Assembly (NCBI RefSeq): GCF_001194135.2 | Contig: NC_068985.1 | Location: 20,767,784-20,802,970 of the forward strand | Reading direction: 5' to 3' | DNA length: 35,187 bases | From: Octopus bimaculoides | Taxonomy: Eukaryota | Shown: one piece after another, positions 1-9,345 of the stretch | How the letters are laid out: each line of letters opens with the position of its first letter | How positions within the stretch are numbered: the stretch's first letter is position 1 | Position numbers and translations under genes: made by a program | Notes under the pieces: model-generated | The model's database searches: none | What the model was told of the DNA's origin: nothing | What the model saw: only the letters and a program-made list of their open reading frames with translations

Positions 1-361
1 AGTCCCACTGCGTGGCATCTTGGGCAAGTGTCTTCTACTATAGCCTCGGGCCGACCAAAGCCTTGTGAGTGGATTTGGTAGACGGAAACTGAAAGAAGCC
101 TGTCGTATATATGTATATATATATATGTATGTGTGTATGTGTTTGTATGTCTGTGTTTGTCCGTCCCCCCCAACATCGCTTGACAACCGATGCTGGTGTG
201 TTTATGTCCCCGTAACTTAGCGGTTCTGCAAAAGAGACCAATAGAATAAGTACTAGGCTTCCAAAGAATAAGTCCTGGGGTCAATTTGCTCGACTAAAGG
301 CAGTGCTCCAGCATGGCCACAGTCAAAAGACTGAAACAAGTAAAAGAGTAAAAAAGTAAAA
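1..361 (+). mobile_element. tRNA-derived SINE, family A (CORE-like motif, internal microsatellite, AAAAGAGT-type tail); 5' end cut by window edge
   Basis: Closely matches the full-length copy at 20840-21242 (cttgggcaagtgtcttctactata...gaaagaagcc-(TA/TG)n-...gcatggccacagtc...gtaaaagagtaaaa). Confidence 0.9.
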
Positions 362-410
362 AGTGTAAGAGATCAGAGCAGTCACTATACTAAGCAATAT
401 ATATATATAT

Positions 411-550
411 ACAGGTGTCAACCAAATCCATTCACAAGGCTTTGAATGGCCATGGAATATACAAGATATTTACCCAAAGTACCATGCAGTGGAACAGAAC
501 CCAAGACTATGTGATTGTGAAGCAAACTTTTTACCCCCACAACCATGCAC
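411..550 (-). mobile_element. Family A SINE, degenerate 5' half
   Basis: Reverse complement aligns to the head of 20840-21242 (ccaaatccattcacaaggcttt, cagtggaacagaaccc). Confidence 0.75.
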
Positions 551-554
551 ACGC

Positions 555-555
<1 letters not shown>

Positions 556-592
<37 letters not shown>
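556..592. repeat. (CA)n microsatellite
   Basis: Direct inspection. Confidence 0.95.
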
Positions 593-594
<2 letters not shown>

Positions 595-916
595 TTAGGA
601 AGAGACAAGGAGACACAAAGAGAAAGAGAACAAACAATAGACTTTCAATATTATTTCACGGCTCAACAGGTATAGGAGGTAACAATTAACTTATCGTACT
701 GAAATGACCTGGTTTCACTCCTTTCATTTTGATAAACCTCCAAGATGAGCTGCATGCAATCCAAATTACATTAGCAACTTCAAAGCAACTTTCTACAGAG
801 AGGTGATAAAAATAGATCACCTTTTATAAATTATATTGTGATTAATAAAGAATGAAATACCCAGATTTAGAGGATCATGACATTGCACTTTTATTGAATA
901 TAATATCTTTTGTCAT

Positions 917-1302
917 TTCTCTTCTATTTATTTCAGTCATTTGACTGCGGCCATGCTGGGGCCGAGCCTTGAAGAATTTTTAGTCAAATGAATCAACCCC
1001 TGTACTTATCCCTTTCTTAAACCTGATACTTATTGTATCAGTATCTTTTGCTGAACCACTAAGTTACAGGGATTAAATACACCAACACTGGTTGTCAAGC
1101 AGTGGTGGGGTACAAACAAAGACAGACAGACACACACACACATACGACAGGCTTCTTTCAGTTTCCATCTACCAAATCTACTCACAAGGCTTTGGTTGGC
1201 CTCTTGTAGAAGACACTTGCCCAAAATGTCACACAGCGGGACTGAACCCAGAACCATCTGGTTGGGAAGCAAGCTTCTTACCACATAGCCACACCTGCAC
1301 CT
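917..1302 (-). mobile_element. Family A SINE, near full length
   Basis: tttcagtcatttgactgcggccatgctgg ... gacaggcttctttcagtttccatctacc ... cttaccacatagccacacctgcac is the reverse complement of family A. Confidence 0.9.
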
Positions 1303-1892
1303 ATATATGAGCAAATTAAAGTTAAAAGAGATGTAGGAACCACAAGGGAGGTAATCGAGCAACATCTGTGAATGGACTGGGAGGAGGAAAGTAGAAACCT
1401 TCAGTTGCCTGCTGACTTGAAAAGATAGAGACAGGAAGTTATTCAGTTTTGTACTATGATTCACTTATGGGCATCACTTGATTACGAATTGTGAAGGTAT
1501 TCAATTTGTCTACTGATAATGACTGAATGTAGTGGCAACTCCAACTCACTAATTTTACTTGTGTTCTGTACTATTTTCTAACAATATTCAGTAAATAAAC
1601 AATTCATGGTACTACACTCAAACAGAAGAATTTTAGCATCTAACTCCAATCTATCTAATTACAATTGAAGAAATCTCTGTGAGGATGTGTGCACATGCTT
1701 GTAGCAGGATTACTAGACAAGTGGCCATTGTACAAAATCCAGCATGATTATTTCCCTTTATCAGCAGTACTCTTTTATCAAAGCCTGCAAGTGGTAGTCC
1801 TGGCAAACCCATCTGACCCATTTTTTTAACTTACATTTTTTTAATGTATTTTTTACCTTATCTCTAATCTTAAAATTGGTTCACAAATATAA

Positions 1893-2045
1893 TAATAATG
1901 GCTTTTGAAACACAAAGACAATGTCTATTTGTTAAAAAAACAGAAATGAGGTGTTCAGATTGAAACTTCAGATTAAAACTTTGGATTGAAACACAGAACA
2001 ATATGTCTTCATTAATCAAGGAATTAGTGAAATATTTATTATTTC
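1893..2045 (+). repeat. Unclassified dispersed repeat, copy 1 (related to 4228-4380)
   Basis: Shared colinear blocks taatggc(c)ttttgaaac, caatgt...ttgttaaaa, cagaacaa(a)tat.tcttca, atcaaggaatt.gt.aa.at. Confidence 0.65.
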
Positions 2046-2085
2046 TTATCTCTTCTAGCTTTTGAGAAATGAAATAATATTGTAA

Positions 2086-2686
2086 NNNNNNNNNNNNNNN
2101 NNNNNNNNNNNNNNNNNNNNNNNNNNNNNNNNNNNNNNNNNNNNNNNNNNNNNNNNNNNNNNNNNNNNNNNNNNNNNNNNNNNNNNNNNNNNNNNNNNNN
2201 NNNNNNNNNNNNNNNNNNNNNNNNNNNNNNNNNNNNNNNNNNNNNNNNNNNNNNNNNNNNNNNNNNNNNNNNNNNNNNNNNNNNNNNNNNNNNNNNNNNN
2301 NNNNNNNNNNNNNNNNNNNNNNNNNNNNNNNNNNNNNNNNNNNNNNNNNNNNNNNNNNNNNNNNNNNNNNNNNNNNNNNNNNNNNNNNNNNNNNNNNNNN
2401 NNNNNNNNNNNNNNNNNNNNNNNNNNNNNNNNNNNNNNNNNNNNNNNNNNNNNNNNNNNNNNNNNNNNNNNNNNNNNNNNNNNNNNNNNNNNNNNNNNNN
2501 NNNNNNNNNNNNNNNNNNNNNNNNNNNNNNNNNNNNNNNNNNNNNNNNNNNNNNNNNNNNNNNNNNNNNNNNNNNNNNNNNNNNNNNNNNNNNNNNNNNN
2601 NNNNNNNNNNNNNNNNNNNNNNNNNNNNNNNNNNNNNNNNNNNNNNNNNNNNNNNNNNNNNNNNNNNNNNNNNNNNNNNNNNNNNN
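2086..2686. other. Assembly gap (N), followed by (TA)n/(TG)n
   Basis: N run. Confidence 1.
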
Positions 2687-2719
<33 letters not shown>

Positions 2720-2889
2720 GTGTGTGTGTGTGTGTTTATACACATACATACATATCAGTTTGTGTGTGTGTGTGAGTGTGTGCTTCTTCACATTTACACT
2801 TTACTGAATATTGCTATGCTACAATCCCTGATGTTATTGCCGTTTCCCCTGACAATCAATGGTCTGCTGGCGTCATGCCTGCAAAGATA

Positions 2890-3068
2890 TGCAAATTAAG
2901 AGATCTCTTACTTGAAAGAAAAGATAAGTTTAGTTAAATGAAAGGCATCCAGATGTAGGAACCATTCCAAAACTAACATTTGAGCATGGCACAGTCCTTG
3001 GATACATTGGATCCTGTCAAACTGTCTAATGAATGCCAGTATGGAATGTGGACATTAAATGATGATGC
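2890..3068 (+). mobile_element. Degenerate RTE-type 3' tail fragment ending in (GAT)n
   Basis: aaggcatccagatgtag...cctgtcaaactgtctaa...atgccagtatggaa.gtggacattaaatgatgatg matches the tail at 6440-6586. Confidence 0.75.
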
Positions 3069-3299
3069 TATATGCATGCATGTATGTATGTATGTATGTA
3101 TGTATGTATGAATGTATGAATGTATGTATATGCATGTAAAACATTAAGTCAGGAGGTTTGAGAGTTGAATAGATAATTTCTTGCTTATTGCAATTAATAC
3201 TACATGAAGAAGGTTTCAACACAGCTATAGCCCTATAAAACTCACTTGGTTAAATAAATATATATATATTCAACTCTTAAACCATCTGATTTTATGTTA

Positions 3300-3610
3300 T
3301 TGTATACTCCTCGTAGAATAATTTTATTAATTGGGCTCTGTATCAAAGCTTGTCTGATGCATTCCACATTTTGGGGGGTCCATACTCTTTGTAGTTCCCT
3401 CACCAGTCTCTTACCCATTAGTGTTCCTTGTGTGTACAAAGTGCATTCACCCAACGTAAGATTGTGTTACAGGTGGAAACAACCTGATTTCGGTGAATGT
3501 TGAAGTGGCACCGAAACTCATGCTGAACTGCTGTGACAGACTTGTTATTCTTCATATAACTGTTGTAGACAAACACGCAGTGCTCTATCATCCACAGCAC
3601 CATGGTTTCA
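3300..3610 (-). pseudogene. Tc1/mariner-superfamily transposase N-terminal (HTH, DUF4817-like) remnant, frameshifted and truncated
   Basis: ATG at 3603. MVLWMIEHCVFVYNSYMKNNKSVTAVQHEFRCHFNIHRNQVVSTCNTILRWVNALCT then a frameshift to QGTLMGKRLVRELQRVWTPQNVECIRQALIQSP. This resembles the M.RW..EHRAF.VE.YFKN..SV...QR.FR.HFNI.R...VP..NTI..WV..FR......R..RTPENIE.VR.A...SP pattern of DD37D/maT-type transposases (recalled, not searched). Confidence 0.8.
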
Positions 3611-3764
3611 CCTGTAAAGTAAACCAAATACTAAGACACCACACACTTGAGGCTGAGTAATAGCCATTTTAAAAATGTCCATCCTCTCTGTCCCACCATG
3701 TATATATATATATATATATATATATAAAGATAAAAAAAAATTTAAAAAGGGGTTTGTATGAGGA

Positions 3765-4004
3765 ATATATTATTCAAAAGAATTCCAACTCTGACTGTTT
3801 TTTATGTTTTATTTATATTCTTATAAAATTAATGTGGGATATAGAATATGGAATATATAGTATATGTAGTAAAATGAAATGAAGTATTGAATGTCTTCAT
3901 TTCATTTTACTATATATACTATATATTCCATATTCTATATCTCACATTAATTTTATAAGAATATAAATAAAACATAAAAAACAGACAGAGCTGGAATTCT
4001 TTTG

Positions 4005-4014
<10 letters not shown>
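3765..4014. repeat. Fold-back inverted repeat: 120-bp arms, 10-nt loop
   Basis: 3765-3884 is the reverse complement of 3895-4014 with about 4 mismatches; loop tattgaatgt; (TA)n on both sides. Confidence 0.95.

Positions 4015-4070
<56 letters not shown>
4008..4070. repeat. (TA)n microsatellite
   Basis: Direct inspection. Confidence 0.98.
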
Positions 4071-4072
<2 letters not shown>

Positions 4073-4227
4073 AAATAAAGCTTCGTCGATATACACCTGG
4101 TATTTTGAAATGAGCTTACTTTTTGTCAGCTTGAAAACCTATATATCATTTACGAAGAAATATTATCATATGTTAGTAGATTTTGCTGTTTCTTTTGCTC
4201 TAATGTATAAAACTGTTTCACAAGAAT

Positions 4228-4380
4228 AACTATAATGGCCTTTTGAAACCTAAAAACAATGTTCACTTGTTAAAAGTAGACCCATTTGAGATTGTTTCTG
4301 AGATATATTTGTATGAGAGACAGAACAAATATATCTTCATACATCAAGGAATTGGTAAATATATTTTACTTGATATTTCA
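4228..4380 (+). repeat. Unclassified dispersed repeat, copy 2 (related to 1893-2045)
   Basis: See copy 1. Confidence 0.65.
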
Positions 4381-4659
4381 TTCACCAAATGAAGTATTAA
4401 TGAGAGATTAGTGAAAGTCTCTTTTCTTTTTTATAATATAACATCAGACTTTCTTTTTTTAATCTAATTATTTTCATATGTCCCAAAGTCAACTAATTAG
4501 TGAAAATCGGGTTTAGAATGGATTGCTTTATAAGATGGGGAGAAAACAATAGCAAATATTGAATTTATAATTGACTAATTAAAGATTATGAAATGAAACA
4601 TCATAATTAAAGTATTTTAGTTGCTGATTATATATATACTTTTTTCTACAATATATATA

Positions 4660-4710
<51 letters not shown>

Positions 4711-4938
4711 CTGTATTGAAAGAAGCTGTTCTTTCTTAGGGATATATTATCAAAGTATACACCAGTTTTGCACTAATATCAATTAACGATACTGGAAAAT
4801 TTTCATGTGAATATGTACTAGTGTTTATCGTTGGTTCTTCTTCAATACTAGTACTTTATACCTCTGAAATTCCAGTTGTTACTATGGAGATTTCCATCAT
4901 TTTCAATATAGTAAAAAAAAGTTTAAAAATTTTTAAAT

Positions 4939-5178
4939 AAAACAGAGAATATAAATGTAGAGTAATCAATTTATTAACATAGTTCAGTCAAATTAATAAA
5001 TTTATTTATATTGCCTATGCTGCATTTCAGCTGATTGCTGTTATTCAATATATGCACTTTAAAAGTGCAAATATTGAATAACAGCAATCAGCCGAAACGC
5101 AGCGTAGGCAATATGATTGAACTTATTAATTTGACTGAACTATGCTAATAAATTCATTATGTTTGTATTCTCTGTTTT
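4939..5178. repeat. Fold-back inverted repeat, about 120-bp arms, essentially no loop
   Basis: Centre tgcacttt|aaaagtgca at about 5061. The arms pair out to aaaacagagaat (4939) and attctctgtttt (5178), with several substitutions and a small indel. Confidence 0.92.
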
Positions 5179-5254
5179 TTTTTATAATTTTAAAACTTTT
5201 TTCTACCATATATATATATATATATATATAAATTGAAAATGTAAAAATAAGAAC

Positions 5255-5474
5255 AATAAATTAAAAACGTAAAAATAAAAACAGAACACAAAGGATTCCG
5301 CAGTACACGTGTTTCAAGCTTTATAGTCATTGCATCATTATATTGGTATATAATTGATAGACAGGATGCTATAAAGCTATCTTCAGCTGCAAATATATTC
5401 TTTCCCAAGTATTATATTCCATGTACTGCGGAATCCTTTGTGTTCTGTTTTAATTTTTACATTTTTAATTTATT
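5255..5474. mobile_element. Short element with 53-bp inverted arms enclosing a hammerhead-like motif
   Basis: 5255-5307 is the reverse complement of 5422-5474 (2 mismatches); 114-bp interior. Confidence 0.9.
5297..5393 (-). ncRNA. Type I hammerhead ribozyme-like motif (predicted cleavage after GUA, between 5304 and 5303)
   Basis: Minus strand: gcag-CUGAAGA-u-agcuuuauag-[42 nt]-cuauaaagcu-u-GAAA-cacgug-UA-cugc. Helix I 4 bp (plus GU extension), helix II 10 bp, helix III palindrome ACACGUGU. The 10.1/11.1 pair is U-U instead of G-C. Confidence 0.75.
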
Positions 5475-5871
5475 CTTTCACCCCGGCCACGATCTGGCAT
5501 ATACAGGTGCTTACAATTATCAAGTATTACCTCTAATATTTACTTAATATATATATATATATAGTCAATTCAAATAAAGGAACAATAAAATTAACAATAA
5601 CAAACAATAAGAGAGCATGCACAAGGAATGTATTAGTTTAATGCTCAGTAAAAAGAGAGAGGTTTTTGCATTTCAAGCATACCTCTTCATCAGAAAGAAA
5701 AGCAGAAAAGTCCGGAGAAGGAAAAGAAATTGCCCACAGCATGTGTGTAGTTACATTGCTTACATATATGTATGTATGTATGTATGTATTTATATAGCAA
5801 GAGTTTAGTCTGCAAAATATAATGTGTATTTAGATGTCCATGCATTCTTTTATGCTCCAAAAGAAAAAGCT

Positions 5872-6586
5872 GTGAAGAGAACATTTGTGCTTGTATGGTC
5901 ATGTACTATGGATGGATGAGGAGAGATGTGTGAAGAAGTGCCACTCTCAAACAGTTGAAGGAATCCGGAGTAGAGGTAGACACAGAAAGACATGGGATGA
6001 GGTGGTCAAGCATGACCTTCGAACGTTGGACCTCACAGAAGCAATGATGAAAGTCCAAGAACTCTGGAGATATGCTGTGACGACAAAGACCCGGAAAATA
6101 AAGTGAGTTCACGGCTGTATCCTACACCAGTTTCGCATAACCAGCCCCAGCCCATTCAAAAGTACCTTGGATCGTAGGGTGACTTGTTGTGCTTGAGGAG
6201 ATCTATTGAGTCAAGTACATCAACATCAAAATGAAGATCAAATGGAAATTGTAGTTGTGATACCCGTGCTGGTGGCACGTAAAAAGCACCATCTGAACGT
6301 GGCTGCTGCCAGTGCTGCCTTGACTGGCTTCCATGCTGGTGGCATGTAAAAAGCACCAACCGATCATGGCCGTTGCCAGCCTCTTCTGGCCCCTGTGCTG
6401 ATGGCACATAAAAAGCACCCACTACACTCACGGAGTGGTTGGCGTTAGGAAGGGCATCCAGCTGTAGAAACACTGCCAGATCAGACTGGAGCCTGGTGCA
6501 GCCTCCTGGTTTCCCAGACCCCGGTCAAACTGTCCAACCCATGCTAGCTTGGAAAACGGACATTAAACAATGATGATGATGATGAT
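5872..6586 (+). mobile_element. 5'-truncated RTE-clade LINE: ORF2 C-terminus, 3' UTR and (GAT)n tail
   Basis: 5885-6106 reads CLYGHVLWMDEERCVKKCHSQTVEGIRSRGRHRKTWDEVVKHDL...QELWRYAV, the RTE RLRW.GHV.RM...R..K.....G.R.RGRP.K.W...V..DL...WR motif. It is followed by a UTR and a gatgatgat tail. Confidence 0.9.
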
Positions 6587-6649
6587 ATATATGCATATAA
6601 ACATATATATATATGTACAAATTTACATATATATGTATATACATATGCA

Positions 6650-7790
6650 TATATGGGTACAGGACATCATACAATGTAAACAACATGAAATACGGAATAT
6701 GAAAACATGGAAAACAAGACATGTAACATAAAGAATATATAAGAGGTTTTGCACAAGTAAATTTGTATTTTAAAAAAAGAAACATAAAGAAAATGCTTTT
6801 CATGAATAAAAGTGAGAAAGTGTTTATATTTATCAAAATATGCTACCAGTTTCAATTGTTTGAAGATTTAGTCATGCCGAAATTAGAGGGGGAAAATGAA
6901 ATAAATTAAATTTAATTTTCATGAGTTTAGTTCTGACGGAGCACATAGTACTGGTGATTTGCTTCTTTCTAATTTTTGCTGGGTCATGGCAGTTGATGGA
7001 GCAGCAACAATGGGAGTAGCTGTCAGCAGAAGTGGCAGCAGGTGTGGTTGTCAGTAGCAGTAATAGAAATGTCAGTGGCTGTTGCAGATTTTTTTTTTTT
7101 TTGTCAGTCTAGCTAGTACTGGTAGTTGTGATAACGTTAACAAATGTTGCATTAGAGTTGGCAGCAGTTGTATCCCTTCTTCTGCCACAGGTATTTAAAC
7201 ATGATTGATGTCTGCTTATGTTTTTGTTGATGCATTGTCACAAAATTGTGTAATCACTAAATTGATATGAGGAGAAATTGTAAAGCAAGGTTATTTCTTA
7301 ACTCTACATGCATCTATATGTTCACTCTGTTCTTGTATTAATTCAATGTATTCTTGTATTTCGATTTGTGATCTATGGAGTCATGTGTTTTTCTTAAGGA
7401 ACTTCCCATTTGTCCTATGCAGTTTTCTCCATATCTTGAACATGTTTTCTATAGATTAAATTTTCAGAGTTATTTTCATTGTGAAGAGTTATCTTTGTTT
7501 GAAATGGATCTCTGATCCTTCTGTCAGATTAAAACACATACCACAGTTCAATCCTCTGTATTCTTTTACTATTTGTCCTGTTGTTCTTGTGTGAAGTTCG
7601 GTCTTCATCGATTCTAGTTGTCTTTTACTTTTTGTGTTTGGAAGATTTGGTTCACTGTGGGGTCCTTCTTCAGTGTCAGTATGTTTTGAAATATGATGTT
7701 GTGGACCTCATTGTTTTGGGGATTGTAGATGGAAATCTTTAGTAAGACTTTCAATTCTAATTTATTTCTTTGTTTGTTATTGAATTTCTG
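6650..7790 (-). mobile_element. Decayed Penelope-like element: RT C-terminal linker, GIY-YIG endonuclease and probable 3' region
   Basis: Minus strand 7736-7641 reads ISIYNPQNNEVHNIIFQNILTLKKDPTVNQIF (PLE TYNP...I..II......L..DP....IF linker). Then CGMC, NLIY (7462-7451), a frameshift, GENCIGQMGSSLRK (about 7430-7390), HRSQI (7377-7363) and SEHIDAC. The extension from 7190 to 6650 is inferred. Confidence 0.8.
6842..6877 (-). ncRNA. Possible variant or degenerate minimal hammerhead (A3-U8 core)
   Basis: gc-AUGACUA-aau[cuucaaaca]auu-GAAA-c[ug]g-UA-gc. Order and spacing are correct but the helices are only 2-3 bp. Confidence 0.3.
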
Positions 7791-7912
7791 GATATATATA
7801 TATATATATATATAGTTAAATAAGTAAGTAAAGTTGGAAAAGCCACAGAAGTATATTTTAGGGAATATTTAATATTTTTGTTGCAGTGAGTGATTTAAAA
7901 TATAACCAGTTT

Positions 7913-8376
7913 NNNNNNNNNNNNNNNNNNNNNNNNNNNNNNNNNNNNNNNNNNNNNNNNNNNNNNNNNNNNNNNNNNNNNNNNNNNNNNNNNNNNNNNN
8001 NNNNNNNNNNNNNNNNNNNNNNNNNNNNNNNNNNNNNNNNNNNNNNNNNNNNNNNNNNNNNNNNNNNNNNNNNNNNNNNNNNNNNNNNNNNNNNNNNNNN
8101 NNNNNNNNNNNNNNNNNNNNNNNNNNNNNNNNNNNNNNNNNNNNNNNNNNNNNNNNNNNNNNNNNNNNNNNNNNNNNNNNNNNNNNNNNNNNNNNNNNNN
8201 NNNNNNNNNNNNNNNNNNNNNNNNNNNNNNNNNNNNNNNNNNNNNNNNNNNNNNNNNNNNNNNNNNNNNNNNNNNNNNNNNNNNNNNNNNNNNNNNNNNN
8301 NNNNNNNNNNNNNNNNNNNNNNNNNNNNNNNNNNNNNNNNNNNNNNNNNNNNNNNNNNNNNNNNNNNNNNNNNNNN
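7913..8376. other. Assembly gap (N), followed by (TA)n
   Basis: N run. Confidence 1.
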
Positions 8377-8424
<48 letters not shown>

Positions 8425-9166
8425 ACATTCATATATGTGAATGTATTTATTTATTCATATATGTGCTTTTCTTATTTGTCATCACCATAATCACCATCAT
8501 TGAAGATCCAGTCTGTATCATGACATGGGCTGATTGTCTTCATTATTTGAAGCGAATCTTATTTGGATTACTTTTCCTCTAAATGCTTCGTCAAAGAACC
8601 AAGATCAGTGGAGATATGCTTTTCTACAGATCCATTAAACCAATTTCTCCATGATGACAATGATGATTGTCATGATATCTTTTTATATACAAATGCACCT
8701 GCACATGTACACATGTAAAACACATGCAGGCAAACATTATCTACTCACATGTACCAGCTCACATACATTCTTTTCAATCCAATGTTATTTCTATTTGTAT
8801 GACAGTCAGCATCCTACTTAAACCAAATACATACTCATACACAGATTCATATGCTTAAACACATGCAGATAAACATACATATATGTAAATGTGTATGTTG
8901 TCACTTATATGAGTTATTTTATCTATATGCACATTAATATAACAAGAGCTTGGAGTCTTATTTTTTATATACACAATCATATATTATATAGAATAGCCAA
9001 CAGACAGTTATATGCATGTTTGTAACAGCATAGGGCTAAACACACTCACACACACATCTATTCATACATAGGTACACACATATATGCATGCATATGTAGA
9101 GCCATAAATGCATACATATACTTTTAGTTGCATCTACAGGCTCCAAGATGCATCCAAAAGCATTTA

Positions 9167-9345
9167 TTAAGCCTCTAGCATTCAGATTTCTCTTCCAAAT
9201 GTAATGCTCATTTATTCACATTGTTTTGAATTAATCATGTATTATCTCTATAGCTTTGAAACTTCAATGATGTGATTGTTTACTTTTTAAAACGACATTG
9301 TAGGGTAGGTGTGAGGGAACAGATCTGGTCAGTTTTGGGTTGGAT
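9167..9345 (+). mobile_element. Partial non-autonomous DNA element (probable TTAA/piggyBac-type MITE), left part
   Basis: Begins ttaa-gcctctagcatt. The interior (gacattgtagggtaggtgtgag...cagatct) matches 24310-24443, whose end aatgctaaag is the reverse complement of ct.tagcatt. Confidence 0.55.

Noticed and set aside
3490-3516. ttcggtg/caccgaa hairpin followed by GAAAC
   Set aside because: It lies inside the transposase remnant; the upstream sequence is CUGAUUU, not a valid core.
4815-4856. Minus-strand UUGAAGA...UAAAC-acuagu-a hammerhead-like pattern
   Set aside because: G12 is missing, helix II does not form and helix I does not pair.
7666-7674. CUGAAGA on the minus strand
   Set aside because: It is part of the Penelope coding frame (L-K-K) and has no GAAA partner.
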